From assembly GCA_046563655.1 (NCBI GenBank), contig CM102289.1, forward strand, positions 9,734,001-9,798,000: a stretch of DNA of 64,000 nucleotides, in the 5' to 3' direction. The notes below the pieces were generated by a model. That model worked only from the letters and a program-made list of their open reading frames with translations. It ran no database searches and was not told the DNA's origin. Of this stretch, positions 36,701 to 51,700 are shown piece after piece; the first letter of the stretch is position 1, and each line of letters opens with the position of its first letter. The position numbers and the translations under genes are program-made. This stretch comes from Yuukianura sp. NJ FZ-2021 (lineage: Eukaryota).

Positions 36701-39700
36701 TTGTGTTTCTAAGTTTTTCAAATTCTCAAAAATGGAACTCGCGCATGCGTAGGCACTTGAAAAACGTTAATGAAATTTTGAAAACTAGTTTTTTATGAGT
36801 ATCTCATCCTAGCTCCTAATTTGGCTCCTTGAATTATGTATTTAAGTGCATCCCCTTCCGCCTCTGTTCTAATTGGGAACTTTAGAATTTTAGAACAAAA
36901 GGAAGGAAATTTAAGTGCCTCCTCCTTAGTCAAAATGTGCTGCTTTCTCCTACTCTTTTTTAAAAAACTAGTTTTAAACAACTATCTTATACAAGTCAAG
37001 GAGGTTCTTTAGAAGACGGAATGAGCTATTAAATATTCTAATGAGTCATGTTCAAAATTCTAATGACTCAACTTTCTTACTAATAGAAAAATAAAAACGC
37101 CCATTTCAAAAATAAAAGGAACCTACAACTCCAAAACTTCAAAATTTGGCTCAAAGTTGGTGTGAAAAAAAAAGACAAAAGAAAATTTTGAAGTTTGCCA
37201 ATTATTTTTCAAGTGTGAAAAAATACATTTAGTGTAACTTTTTAGACATTCTGGGCTTTTTTTCAGAAAGAAGAGCACCGAATTCTTGTGTTTTTGAACC
37301 AGTTTATCTAAACAGTTTTTTTTCGAATTTGGAACTGAAATAGACTTTTTTTTTGAAAATAGTGTCTCCAGTTATCCAAAAAATCCCCTTGAGTTGCATT
37401 AGGCGGTGGGGGAATGAGCTGTAAGCATGGAGCCAAGTACAGCAAAGGAATAAAGTATCTTTCCCCCTCTTTCTCTGGAGTCCATTACACTTAAAGTGGA
37501 TTTGGAACTTGTGCCAAATTTCGGGGTTTTCGGGTTTTTCAAAAAAAAGGCGGGTATTTCAAAAAAACGGGAGTTTTCCGTTTCTTCTTGCCCCTACTGA
37601 AAATTTGACACAGAGAAACATTTATTTGCATCCGTCCTGGACTCTTTTGAATTTAAATTTCCGCCTTCCTCCTTTTCTTAAAAAACCGAACTGGAGGAAA
37701 GTCGGTTTTTGAAAAAAGAAAAAATCTTGTTCAAAAAAAGCGTTTTTTCTCTTTTTCAAAACGATCAACCGCGTATCGAATTTTTGAGAAACGAGAAGGA
37801 GGAAGAGGGCGCGTTTTGAAATAAATTTTCTTTTGAAAAACGTCTTTTTTTTGAAAAAGTGAATGCAAATGTTGCATGTCTTCCTGTTCTATCAAATCAA
37901 ATGGATTTCCTGCCCTTATGTCCGCCTTCTATTCAAAGTCAAAATCTTTTTTCAAAAAAGATTTACCAAAAGACTCTTTAGAGTTGCAGTATTTTTTTGG
38001 CGGGGATCTCAAAATAGAAATGGTTTCCATCTGAAACCATTTTGTGGATGGCATTAAACTTGCAACTCCAGAGCAGGCGGAGATTCATTTTCATTCATTC
38101 TAACTACAAATGTTTTGGTTTCAAGTTTAAAAAAAGTTAAAAAAAAACAGTTTCAAGAGCAGGGCATCTGCTGGTAGAAAGTCAAGTACTCTGCTAAAAC
38201 ATTAATTTTGTAATTTATGCAAAAGTTATTAATCAGTTTGAAACTTGAAATGTTTGCAAGACAAGGTTTTTTTACAGAGTTTTTTTAAGAATTCAGAATT
38301 TCAGAATTTTGTTTGTTGTTTTCTGGAACTTTTTTCTCCAAAATGCTTTCTGCACTTTCTCCTTATTTTCAATCTGTATGATTAGTCCATCCATTATTGA
38401 TGATTTTGGAGAAAACAAAGTCCCTTGCGGGGAGTTTGTTAATCAGAGGAAGAGAGTTTGCAATTCCTGGAGAATTTTAGTTTGAAGCAGAGCTGAGGAG
38501 GGGCAGAGTCATAAATTACACTGTGAGGATATACATGAGCTTTCTTTTTTCGGGGAGTTCGTGAATTGGATCTTTGTGGAGCGTTGTGAGAAAAACGCGG
38601 ACGTAAGTGGGTATGTAGCAGATTAGCTTCCTTGTGCTCTCTTTTCCAAGACAAGAGCAGGAGTCAGCAAAAGTTTTTATAAAGGCCTCCTCCCTCTGAG
38701 ACATTTCGAGCCACGCAAAGTGGAATTGGAAACTGTTTCTCCCGAAATACGCGCTTCAACGGACCTTCCAGGGCCTTTTCCAAGTATTTCCTGCTCCACG
38801 GACTCCCTTTTCGGGGTTATACAGTCACTTCTCTATGTAAAACCAAAAGAAAACTAAAAAGGGCGATAGAAAAGTAGCGGAAGAGTCAGCATCAACAAAG
38901 AAAGGCGTTAAAAAAAACTAAGTTTCAACTTTTGTTGAAACAGAGACTTTGCGACGATTTTTTTGAAAAGTGTCTAATTTTAATTTTTAGACAACATTTG
39001 GTCGTAGTGCCAAAATTATGCAAAGTGTTCCCAGCATTCGGCAAAGATGCCGACAAATACAAAAAAGTGATGAATTTCAAAAGTTGATTTTTTGATTCAC
39101 TAAATTCTGAAAAGTGTTGTGGTGGCTTCAGTTTGAATTTTGTAGAATTCTGTTTGAAATTGTGTTTTTCCAGTTTTTTTTTTCATTGACGTCTTGTTTT
39201 TCCGCGGTTTGTTTTTAAGTTCCAACTTTTTTTAAACTTTTTTTCATTCTTTGGGTGGGAAAGATGCAGAGTAGAAAAGTAGTGAATGTGTGTGTATCTG
39301 TTTAGGGTTGGATTAAAGCCAAGAATTACTTAACTCCTATCTACCAAGAAACAAAAAAAAAGTTCAAAATCATCTTAAAATAGGAAAACTTTTATTTCCA
39401 TCTTTCAAAAAAAGTTTACATGCACACTGCGGAAACAACGCCCTATTCTCCCAAATTATTTTCACTTTTGACTTTTATTTGCTTCCTCTGACTCAAAATT
39501 TGAATTTCCTGCAAAATTTAACTTCCCAAGGTACAATTATTGGCAAGTTTTTTTTTGAGGATGTCAAAATAGTTACTGAAAATGCTAAATTTAGAAGCCG
39601 TTTGTCTTTTTGTGGAGTTGACGCTGGAAACATGTTGTGCAGAGTTTCGCTTCCTGTTTTGTCTAATGTGTATCAGTATCTGCTATAAGCAGACGCTTTC

Positions 39701-42700
39701 AAAAGTGTGCCTACCACCCATGAAATAAAAAGTTTATCCCTGTCTCAACATAGTTTTTTTGAAACTCGTTTTTTTGAAAACCTCGGCAGACGCGGGAAGA
39801 CTTCCAAAATAAAAACGGAAGACGAAACTTATTTCTTCCAAAAGAGAAAAGAGAAAAACTCAATGATCAAAAGGCAAGGGAAAGTACAACGTTAGTCACA
39901 TTACGGAACAAGCCTGACAAGCCAAAATGCCCAACATAAAACTGAAAATCTTGCATTTTTTGAAAAAAGAACGAAAAAAACAGTCTTTTTGACTTTATGA
40001 CTTTTCTTGTCACATTGAAACCAACATTTATTAAACCAACTGCCCTTTCTGATATTGAAAATTGTCAATTTTTACTTTTTTTAGTTTCTCAATTTGTGCT
40101 TTCTTTGAATTTTATTCTGTTGGGTTGAAAATCCAAGGTTAAAACTTGTCAGTTAAAAGTTTTAACCTGAAAAACTTTAATAAAGAAAGGTAACGTTACA
40201 AAAGTGATAGGTGCCTTTCTCTTTTTATTTCCATTTGAAATTGTCAACTTTTTAAAAAAGTAGACAAGTTGACTTTGCTCAATTCAATTCCCGTCCAAAA
40301 GTTGTTGGCGCAGAGGAACTAACAATTTGAAAGTCTAAATTCCGCGATTATTGTCATCCTAAACTTCTAAACTTTTCCTCTTCAAATGGGCCCACTTTTT
40401 CAAAATGCGAAACTCAACAGAGTGTGTCTTTTCAGTTTTTAAAAGAAAAAAGTAGAAAAGGGCCCTGGAGACACTGGAATGCACAAAGTTTAAGTTGGTA
40501 TTAAACTCCTAAGAATAAAGTCTCATCTTAAAATTGTTTCATCCTACCATCAACCAATGTCTCCTCAGACAGATACTATCTCCAAAGATATCAGATAAGG
40601 AGATAGTATCTCCAAATACAGGAGAAAGCAGGATCGTATCCTCCGAATTTTCACTAAGTTTTAAGATTTTGAAAAAAATAGACCTATGTGGTTTCGTGGT
40701 TTCACAGTTTTGAAACAGTACAGGACACTACTGTCAGGATTACTTAAACGAAAAAACGCAAATTTTGACAAATTTTAGAAAAACTGAACTGAAATTTTGA
40801 TCTGGCTTTTTTCTCCTCCAGTTTTCCAGAAGTTAAAGGTGGCACAAAAGAAAAAAAAAGTTCCCTTTAAAAAATATTGAGTTTTTCTCTCTTTTTGCCT
40901 AAAAATGTTCTAAAAAAGGAGAAAGTCGTTGGATATTTTTATACCTTGAGGACGCATGTGGATTTGGATCATTTGGATTCGTGGATTTCTGTTCTAAAGA
41001 AGACTAAATACGGAAGAGAGTTTAGGAGTGAAAGTAGAGAGTAGAAAGTACTATTGATTCATTGGCTGTCTCTAAGTTCTTCCAGGGAATCCTTAATATC
41101 CTCCAGAACAACTTCAAAAAGTGAAAGTCAGAAGAACCCATTATGGACAAAACTCTCTGGGTGGAATGGAATCTATCATTCCGCGTTCTTCTCCCGCTTC
41201 GATTAGGCATTTCTCATCTCCATATTTGAATTATCCCTCCAAGCTCCATTCAAATCCATTCTCTATGCTAAACACTCTGCATTCTTGTTCTAAAGTACTA
41301 AAAACGACTAGAAAAGACTAAAAAAGAGAAAGTATGACCGACGCTTTTTTGCAAAGAGAGTTTAGTGAATTCATTGGTTTTGACGTAATAAGCTTAGTAT
41401 AAGAAATGAAAGTAGGTTTAAGTTTCTGGAAAGTGAAAGCTCCTTTGGGAAAAGTGGAAGCATAATGGCTTAATCCGATTAGTTGTAATTAACTTACACA
41501 AAGTTAAATCAACTTCCTCCGGCTTCTTATTCTTCAAATACTCAAGTTAGTGGACCATTTACAAAGTTTACTTTCTCCAAATCCTCCTATTTAAATTTTC
41601 AAAAGAAATTATACAAAAGTGTAAAAAATTTCAAACATTTTTCTTCTCTTGTGCTATCTTTGATCATCTATTTCACACCTCCACTATTTTGTTAAGAAGA
41701 ATTTTGCTATTTTTTTGAGCAGGCCTACACTAATCGTTTTAAAGTTGAGCCAAGTCGAAAAGTTATTTTTAGAAAGCGTGACCTCGGGAGTGACTTTTCA
41801 TCAGAAGTTGTTGTGACTCAGATGTCACAATGTTGATTGGTGTTGGCAGTGGATTCTTGTGAACAATGACTAAGTTCTTTTGAACATCCGAACAAAACTT
41901 AGAATATGGACACAATTTGTAAAGTTGTCAGAAAGTTTGAGTAATTCATTTGTAAGGTAGTTGACCAAGCACAAACAGATTTGATAACTAAATCCTTCAA
42001 CTACTAAGCATTCTTGTGTCAATCAACCCCCTAATTCCAATTCCAATTCACAAATTATCTAACATTTACAAATTTAATAGATACTTTGCCTTTAACATTA
42101 AATTTGCAGTTACCGTATTTCCTCGCTTATGCATTAATTTTTTGGCCAAATCCAAATGGATTTAATTAATTTGAAAATCAACTAATTTTCCCAAAATTTC
42201 AAATACAATTTACTTTTAAATTGGTGAAATTCATATTTTATTTAAGGCGAGTAGAGTTAGGCTTGAAGCTACCTAAGTAGCCATATCCGATGTTATCTGA
42301 GGATTCGTTGTTTCTTGTGAATTAAGATAAAGATGGTCCATTGTTCCTGAGAAGACAAATGACGGAACCGTGATGATGCGACTATTATCCAGATTTACAG
42401 ATTCACTTCCACCCGTTTCCTTATGCTGGAAAACTAAATTTGGAATTGGAACAACAAGGGCCCAGTTGGCATTGTTTTCTTTAAACTCAAGTCATTCATT
42501 GTTTTTCTAAGGGCCCACGCTCCCTTAACAGAGTGACTTAGCATATGGTTCAAAAAAGGCACAAGTACATCTGAGAGAGAAGTTTAAAAAAAGTCACTTG
42601 GAATTGTAAATTTTAATTTTGTTTTTGGGATTAGTCATTTTGAGCATTATAGACTTAGACTCGAAGTGTGTGGTTTTACGAGGTTAAGATTTTTTTTAAG

Positions 42701-45700
42701 ATTTGAAATTGAGTAGGAAATGCCGTGATTTACGGTAAGAAACTGTGGAGATAGTTTGAGACTTGTCTTTGGGGATAAATCTCTTTTGGAATGGAACTAA
42801 AGCAGTGAAATTGGTTTGGAAATACCTTGGGCTAAAAAGTAATGCTAAAAAGTAATGTCGGAGAGCAGCGACATTGACGACGACATTTCCTCTTGCTCTT
42901 TCGGTTGGATTGGAACCATATGCTTACACAATTATTCTAAATTTACTTTTGAACCTTACTGTATCTCTCCACATAATAATCTACCCATCTCTCCAGTCTA
43001 TTTAAGGAACTTTGTGTCCCTGCCCTTAGCACACGCTTTTATGAACAACCCACCCTATCACTCCAATCACGTTATGCTAATCAACTACACTTAAAATTAA
43101 CTTAGTCACTCCTCACTGAACACTTTACAGCCTAAAATAACACAACATTTTGAAAATTTACAAAATTTTACCTCCCACTCAGCCATAACTTTCACTTCCG
43201 CTATTTTTCAAAAGCTTCTTTTTTTAATTTTTGGCGTTTTGGCAGTAGACGAACTGAAAAGAAAGTTGAAAAATTTTCACGAGGAAATTTCATACGTTTG
43301 AACGGAACGCAACTTTGACAAGAAAAGTTTAATGGCGGTGCTCAATGTTAAGATTTTGGTTAAAAAGATGAGGAGGAGGGTTAAGCTTTTCTGCGTTTCT
43401 GAGGATTGTTGCAATGTTTTTGTGCCCCTACAGCCATTAACTCCTTGTTGTTTGGTGGTGGCTAAAAATAAGAATTTGGGTGATGAGGCTGAAAATAGTT
43501 CGTAAGTCCCTTCACTGCAACTGTCGTTGTGGGGAGTAACTAATATCGTGAACTGCACAAGTACTGGTTGTGGTGGGATACTTGCCAGTGGGCATGTGGA
43601 TGCTGGCAGTAGATGTGGATGCTGGCAGTACACGCTCCATTTGGTTTGTGTTGTTGCGTCCAAGTGGATCCAATATCCGTATCCACTTCCCAATCACTTT
43701 TGTTACAAAACCAAGAACATGCAGGTCCTTAACATTCTTTTCCAACATTTCAGTTGTAGTTCCCGCATTCGGGCTGTCACCGCCCTCGTTCTACCCGCTT
43801 TTGATGAATTCACTCTCATATATTCTCAGTCACTTTCACTTTTTCCAAATTTCACTTTTTTCAAAATTCCGTTGCGGTAGCGACTGCTTGTTTGGTATTT
43901 TCAAAAATTTTCAAAAAGAGCTATTTTGTTGCCTTTTAAAATTTTCGAAATCTGGAAAAAAAATAACGATTGAAATTTCAACTTTTGCTTCTAATTTTTT
44001 TAACTTTTCGATTTTCATGGAATCATTAAAACTTTTCTGCTTTGTGTTGGTGTCATCATGAAGTCCTGAGCAAAAACTGGTGATAGTGGCAGAAAGAGTT
44101 GTAAGTTTTTGACAATTTTGAAAAAAAAAGTTTAGAATCTGTATAATAATTTGAGTACAAAATGGAAACTAGGTTCAAGAGTTGCTGATGTTTGCAATAC
44201 TGTCGGCGTTCGTCTGCTTTTCGGCGATGCTTGTCCAATTGTTGCATCTGATTGGTTGGGACTCAGCCAATGCTGTCAAAGCAGTTCAACTTATTCCACT
44301 GACAGTCGCTCTTGTGCAACTCTACTACATCGTAGTTGTTGTGGACTTTAAAGATGCAAATGTCACTTGGACTGACCTTTGCTCTGCGAACTGCTGTAAA
44401 TTTCAAAATTTTCTTATTCCATTTCTTATTTTCGAAGACCAAAAAAAAATTTGAGGAAAAGTTTTCTGAATTTTTATTAAATTCGACTTCCTGTGACGTA
44501 TTTCTTGAGCGTACTTTTTCTCACTCTGACCTACGAAGTTTGTGGACAACCAAACGAGTACTTGCTAAGTGACCAGTATCGCGTGGGGTTCTTGGATACT
44601 GGGAAGTCCATCAACTGCCGATGTGCTGGCAGTACTTGTGCTTTCAGCATTTTTGTACTGTCGCATTCGACTCCAAGCAGTCATCATCCAGCCCTTTTTC
44701 TACTTGACTTGCTGGGGCACCGACTACTTGTACAATCTCCTGTTTGTCCGCGACGTTTAAATTTTCAGAATTCAAATTTTCAAAATTTGAATTTTCCAAA
44801 TTTGGTCAAAGTAAGATTGCCAAAGTTCAAATCCTAAACAGTTTGTATCATAAGCCTCTAAACGCCTCTTTACTGCTTTTTGGGAACATAAATAAATAAA
44901 AGGATCTGGAGAAAACATTAGTAAGTGGAGGGATCCACTTGATCTTCTTTTAGCACGCAACTCTCTGGGGCACTTTCCACCAAAACATCCGTTTCTCAAA
45001 AAAAGTACGTTTTTTTGAAAAAAAAAATTTAGTGCCTCAGTATTTTCCTAAAACGTCACATTTTCACTCGATTTGTGTATATCTAGTCTCAATGTTTTGA
45101 AAAATTTGGAGATCTTGTACACATGAGGCTCCCATTTTGAATGTGTCTAAAATTTTCCAAAATGCCCCAAATCTGTCAAAACCTGAGATATTTCGGTGTC
45201 GAATTTTACAAATTTTGTAACAATTTGATACTTTTTTGAGGAACGATTTTTCACTGGTTGAATTCCGATTTGTGCTGAAACTTTGGAGTGTTTTGAGTTG
45301 AAAACGCAGAAGTTTAGGTTATGTTGTTAGGTTAAAACTAAAAGTTAACTTTTGGTTTCGTGATGGTAAAAGTTTTGTGAAAGTGGTTCTGTTTTAGAGC
45401 TAATAAAGCATAAGTGTTACACTTTAATGCCTTTATATTTATGGGTGGCAGGACCAACGCCTTTCAAGGGATCTTGAGCTTCAAGGGCTTCAAGAACAAA
45501 GGGACCTTCACAGAATAAAAGTGTCGTTTTTAAATTTTGAAGTACCATTAAAATTGGAAATTGGAAAACTGAAGGGCCCTTGCCTAAGATATTGGTTTAC
45601 ACGAACCAAATAAGCTCATTTCCACTTACAAGGAAAAACAAGGGGTAGATTAACTCCAAAATCCAAAAAAAGTTTCGAGTTTTGCCTTGAACTTGAAACT

Positions 45701-48700
45701 TTTGTTTACTTTGGAGCCTTCTGGTCTCCCTTAAAGTTCACTTTTTCAAGAAACTTCTTAAAAGCTTCGTAAATTGTTCAACCACACGATTTCCAACACA
45801 GGCGTCAAAATCAAAAAAAAAGTTTGGAAAATTCTCACTCTCAACCCAAAAACTAAACACAGTGAAGCAACCACGTTTAAAAAAAAGTCCACTCCTGCAC
45901 TCCTTTTTTGTTTTGAAAGTTTAGTTTAGACGGCAATTGAAAAACATTTTTTGCAACAATTTAAATTATAAGTTTTGGAATCGCAGTTTACTGTTCAATC
46001 GGGTTTGAAAACGTGTCACAAATAAAGTAGAGGAGCTTAGGCTTTTGAAAAGTGAAATTAGAAAAAAACGCAATTTTTTTTTGTTCCTGTCAGGTAGAAT
46101 TTCAGTTTCTCTTTTGAACAAAAAACTAATTTGTTTGGGAGCTTATTAAAAATTTATGAACACTTTTTACATTTTCGTCGCTAAAAAACGAGTGCCAGTA
46201 GAGAAAAAAAAAGAAAATTTTTGTTTTAAATTTTATGAGATTTATTTTAAGTGTGTGAGTTATGAACGGGAGGGGAGGATGGTTGCATTTACAACTATGC
46301 TCAAAGTAGTTTTTGGAAATTCACAGTACTTTTTTGAAACTTCAGACTATTTTTTTTTGCTACTTCTATTTTTTGTAAGTTCAAAGTATTTTTTTGGAGG
46401 TGGATGAATGTGGGCTCTTAAGTTTTGGGACTGGAGAGAAGAAGTGTGTTCCTCCACTTGTCTCTGGAGACTCCATCTACTTCATCTTCCTCTGCATCTC
46501 CATAGGAAGCGTCTTCTTCCAAATAAAATCATCATGACGAGCAGAAGAGCCTAAGGTTAGGCTAACTTAAGTCTAATGTTAGGCTAACCTGAAAAGAAAT
46601 GTTAGGCTAACCTGAAAAGAAACCTACTCTTTTTTTCTGGAAGACGTTAAGACTTTCCTGGAAGCTTGAGCCTAAGTGACTCAGACATCAGAAAGCTCAA
46701 AATGCAAAACCAGAAGAAGAAAATGCAAAACAAGATCTGAGGTCACTTGTGTCACAAAGGTCACGACTTAATTTGAGAGTGAGGGAAGTTTTGAAAAAAG
46801 ATGACAAGTGAGGTTGTGAGTTGTCAGTTGTGAAGGAATTATGGACTAGGAGACAGCATGTCTCTTCTGAAAAGTGTCACCGCGAGGACTTAATCCCCAG
46901 ATTGATTTGGGGTATGTCTAAATCTCTGAATTAGGGATTTTGAACTCTCTGTTTCCATGTAGCTCTTCTGTACTTTGTAAGAAGCTGTTTTTTAAACTTT
47001 TTTTTCAAAATTTAGTTTTTTGTGTAAGTTGGAGGGTGGAGAGCTTGTTTTCTTATTGATTCTATTTTGGATGGCTAATATTTTAGGGAAGTAGGAGGAT
47101 TTTCCAGAAGTTCCAGCTGCTTCTAGCCATTTGACTGGGGAGAGTCGTTGACTGATGACTTGGTGCTTGGAGGCACCATTTCTAACTAACCTTACCCAAG
47201 GGAGTGGAAGATGCTGGCAGTATATACTGGCAGCATCGTCAACTTCGTTATATACTGCCAGCATCTTCTACTTCAGAATATACTCCATGTTCACAGTCCA
47301 TTTCCCTCGACATAATAAAAATAAAGTCTCTTCCGTTCAAGAAAAGTATTTGTTTCAAAATCCATCATTTTTTGAAATTTCAAATAAGTAACAAACCCAT
47401 TCCACAGTTCGTTAAACTTGGACAAAATTTGGAAGCATCACTGGAAATTTTGAAATTTTCGAGAGACTAATGAGAAAAACTAACATGGTCTACATGACTA
47501 ACAATATTTTAATTTCTTTTGAAAATTCCAACATCCAAAACACGGTTTTAAAAAAGATGTCAAACGGTTTTAGAGTTCTGCACATCAAAGTTTTTTTTTC
47601 TTCAAAAGCGCAGGCGCATCTCCGGTGTGTGATAGAGTTAAACAGTGACAGTAAATTCAGAGTTGTGCACTGATGTGTGAATGGAACGCTTCGCATGTAT
47701 AACTTTAACTTTGTGTGTCACACGCCAATTCACACCAATTTTGAAAACGACCAAATTCCAGCAGAAGCCAATCAGAGTTTCACCGCTTCAAATTCTCCGG
47801 TTATTTTCATTTGCAGAACAACCAAAGGGGATCTTTTAGAAGCCTAAACACATTTTTATGCTAAAGTTATAGAAAACAACCCGGCTTTGAAGTAAAAATT
47901 TTGAAAATGGCAAACTCCGAATACAAAATTTTCAAAATAAATGGTGCTTTTTGTCAATTTTCACTTAAAACTTTCTTTTTACTTTTGTTTCTGTGTGGCC
48001 CCTGACCTTGTAGACTTTGTTGCCTTGTGTGCCACAAGTCTTAGAATTTTCCTTAGCCTGGTTAGGCTAACTTAACCTAACTGTTAGGGTGAAAGCGGGA
48101 AATTTAAAATGTGAAAGTTTTTTGTGAACTGTGAAGATTAAGTTGTAAGTCGCCTGAGAATAAAGAGAGGCCGTGACTGGAGATAAATGACTCTTTTGTC
48201 TCGCAATGATCTTCCACTTTCTCCGCCTTTCCCATCGATCTCTCCATTTCTACCACCATAATCACAAATAAATACACAAACATGTCTCCACTAACCGAAC
48301 TTTCTCAAAAACATACCCTAACTTTCACCAACACATAAATTAGCCCCAGAATTTATTTCGCCAACAACTAACATAATTTGGGTGATTGGAAAAGACTGTT
48401 TTCATCTTTCAAAAGGTTTTTTTAAGCTTTTCTAAATAATTTAAAAGCACTTTAATGTTTTTGGCTTTCCTTTGACGAATATCCGCTCACTCAAAGGGCT
48501 TATTCATGTCAAGCGCAAGCTTAGCCCTCAAAGTGAAAACATAACCTTAACATAGCCTAACTTTAACCTTTACACTCCTCAAGTGTAGTAAGTTGCTACT
48601 TTGAATAAAAAAGCGTAGTGTTCAAAGTGGCTTGATCCATTTTTGTGCAAACTAAATTGAGTTTTCCAATTCCAGATTCTAAAAAAGAGAAAAAAAAATG

Positions 48701-51700
48701 CAATAATCCAGGCGGTAGTAGAAAAGCGGAACAAAAAAAAAGCGGGAGTTGGTTTCTCATTTGAGATTTTTGAAAAGTGAAAGTGGATTTTTCACTTTAT
48801 GTTTTGAAACTGGGCAGTTAAAAAGTTAACAAGCACATTTCGGAAATTAAGCGGGAGGAGAAAGTGAAACATATGAGAGAGTTATGAGGAAATGAATAAT
48901 TATAAAGAGGAAAGTATGGAGTGTGTTGGCATTCATTAATCACGGGGCTCAATTAGATGTAGGATTTTGTTAGGTTTAGTGAGAGAAAGTAGACAAGTTT
49001 GAAATTATCCTAATTCATCTCACTGTAACAATCCGTTTTATCCTAACACTAAACTAACTTATAAGTTGGAGTTGAGGGAGTTCTGTTCTGTCATTGGATT
49101 CACATAGTAATGGTGTTGATTAATGAGCGGTGGGATTAGAAAGCGGAATGATCTCACCTAAGTACCCGTCAAAGCACTCCAATTCATTCGTTTTCACTCT
49201 TATTTTAGAAAGTAGTTTTGGAAAAAGTTAGAGTATTGTTAACTTTTTAGAGTTTCTGGAAAACGTTAGGGTAAAGTTAGAGTAATTTCAGAGTTTTTGG
49301 AGAAAGTATAAAAATGCTACTTTTTTTCAGAGTTTTGGAGACAGTTATAGAAACGCTAGCTTTGCTTTTAGAGTCTTTGGGGAAAGTTAGAGTAATATTT
49401 TTTTCAGTTTTTGGAGAAAGTTAGAGTAACGTTTTTTTAGTTTTTGGAGAAAGTTAGAGTAATGTTAGTTTTTTTTATGTTAGGTTTGGAGCGTATGGTA
49501 TGTTTGAGCTGCTGTGTGTGATGAAGTGTGTGTAATACTTGGAAGATGTGTGATGTGGTGAAAGTGTATTGAAGGCTAATGTCCCATTTAGTGTCACACT
49601 GCTGTCCCACTCCTTTTGTTTCCTCCCAACAGAAGACGATGACTTTGGCAGAGTTATCTTTATGGCTGGAGTGAAAGTGCCACATGGGATCAGTGGGGAA
49701 AGCCAAAACATAACGTAAAAGACAAAGTTATGCTTGGCTCCCATGTTAACTTAGCCCCCAGCTGGAAAAATATGAGAAGCGTATGCAATTATTTGAGACA
49801 AGTTCCGTTTTTTAGGCTACAAAACAAAATTTTACTTCCTGTTTTCCATAGTTATATCAAGGAAAAACCAAAACAATTGGCAAGCTTTTTAAACTTTGTT
49901 TTTTGTACAAGTAACGATTTTGGCTGTTTCTGTCTTCTTTTAAACTAATTCGGTAGATGTTTCCCTAAGGCAATTTCGAGTTATATCTGAACTGTGTTTC
50001 CAAAAAATGCAAGTTTTGAAGTTGGGATCTAAAATTATTTTTTCAAACAATACTCTTTTAGCTTATTTTTGGTTAACTTTCTCCAGTATAGTTGGTGCAC
50101 CAGCGTGTGCAAATGATGGGTGAAACTAGGCATAAAAGTTTCTCTCTCATCTTCTTTCAGCTAACTTCCGATTTTTTGTAAAAACCGAAAAAACGGAGTA
50201 TCATCCCGCCATTTTTTAGAGAATGGAAGCTCCCAGTTAATCTTTAGTATAAAAAAGCTTCCCATTTTGAAAAAAAAATGGGAAGCTATGCTTTCTGTAG
50301 GATTAAAACCCAGAATTACTTTTGGGCTTAAAAAAGTCTCCGCGTTTCCAGTGCCACAACTTCCGGGCTTTTTTGTTTCCGTCTTGAGCGTAACTCCACC
50401 GAATGTAAATTATGATCCTATTCTTTCCCCTCGAGTCACTTCGCAGCAGAATTCCTAATTTCTTTCTCTCTTTTCAAAAAAAGAAATGACAAAATTGTAA
50501 TTAATGAGAAGCAGAGAAGGAATTCTGAAAAGGAGAAAGTTAAAGCTCGAGGGAGAAAGCGAGAAAAAGTAAAAGACTTTCACCGCAATCTTCTTGATTT
50601 CACACATGGCTTAAGGTTCAAATGGAGACCAATTTAGTATCTGTTGTACACAGAATCCGATTTATTTCAAAATCTCTTTTTAGTACTAAAAACTAAAGCT
50701 ATAGTCTAAAACCCGATTTGGGTGGATATGTTAGTGTAAAGAGAGGAGAAAGTGATCTGTAGACCATCTTCTTCCTTTCTCCCCTCCTCCAAAGTCTACA
50801 TTTCAATTTTTGGTTGAGTGGCTTTCTCTTGTGCTTTCTGTTCCTGAATCCTACCAAAGTCTAAGTATTGTTCCTGAATCCTTGCGTTGTGAAGATTCAG
50901 GATTTATTTGTCTCAGAGATAAAAGCCGGAAGAACTCGTTTTGAACAGAACAAGAAAAAAGCGATTTGGAAAAGAAATCAAAACAGCCATGTTGACAGAA
51001 CCCAATAACAGTTTAGTCTCACTTTGCCCCAAAAACAAAAATATTGTGCCAAAAAAATTTAGAGGGCAATAATCCAATGATGGATCATAGGTTAGGATTC
51101 ATAACTGCCAAAAATGTTGAAAAAAAAAACATCTCCAAAAACTTTCAGCTTCCGTTTTTTCTTTTGAATTGATTGGAATTTGGGAATTAGAGACTCAAAT
51201 TTTCAAATTTTGGATTTCAGAAGTCTGTTGGAGAAAGCAGAAAATGGTTTTGGGTTTTGAAATGGGACTTTTGGCGCGTAAAGTGATGAATTCGTTTTTG
51301 AAGAATGCCGCTCCTTTGTTTTCTGTTTCAAACAGAGCTGGGTCTAGTAAAAACCAATTTAGTTGTGAACTTATTTCAGAAACGAACTAAATTAATTAGG
51401 TTTCACCAAAAACTGTATCATTTCAAACGGTTCACTGCCGCCTTTCTGTTCAGTACAACAAAATTTTACAGCAAACACCTACTTTTGCAGAAACCTGCAC
51501 CCTTGCTGCAAACTTTTGCAAATGAAATATCTGGCAGGAGTCAGTTACTGTTTGAAGGTTTTGAACGTAGAGGAAGTGGATGGTGAAAGTTTAAACTGAT
51601 TTGCGGTTTCTTTCATGCCGGATCCAGTTCTAACTTAAAACGAACCCCAAAATGAACTTTGTAAAGTCAAAATTAGGCGAAACGTTGAAACAGACTAAAA

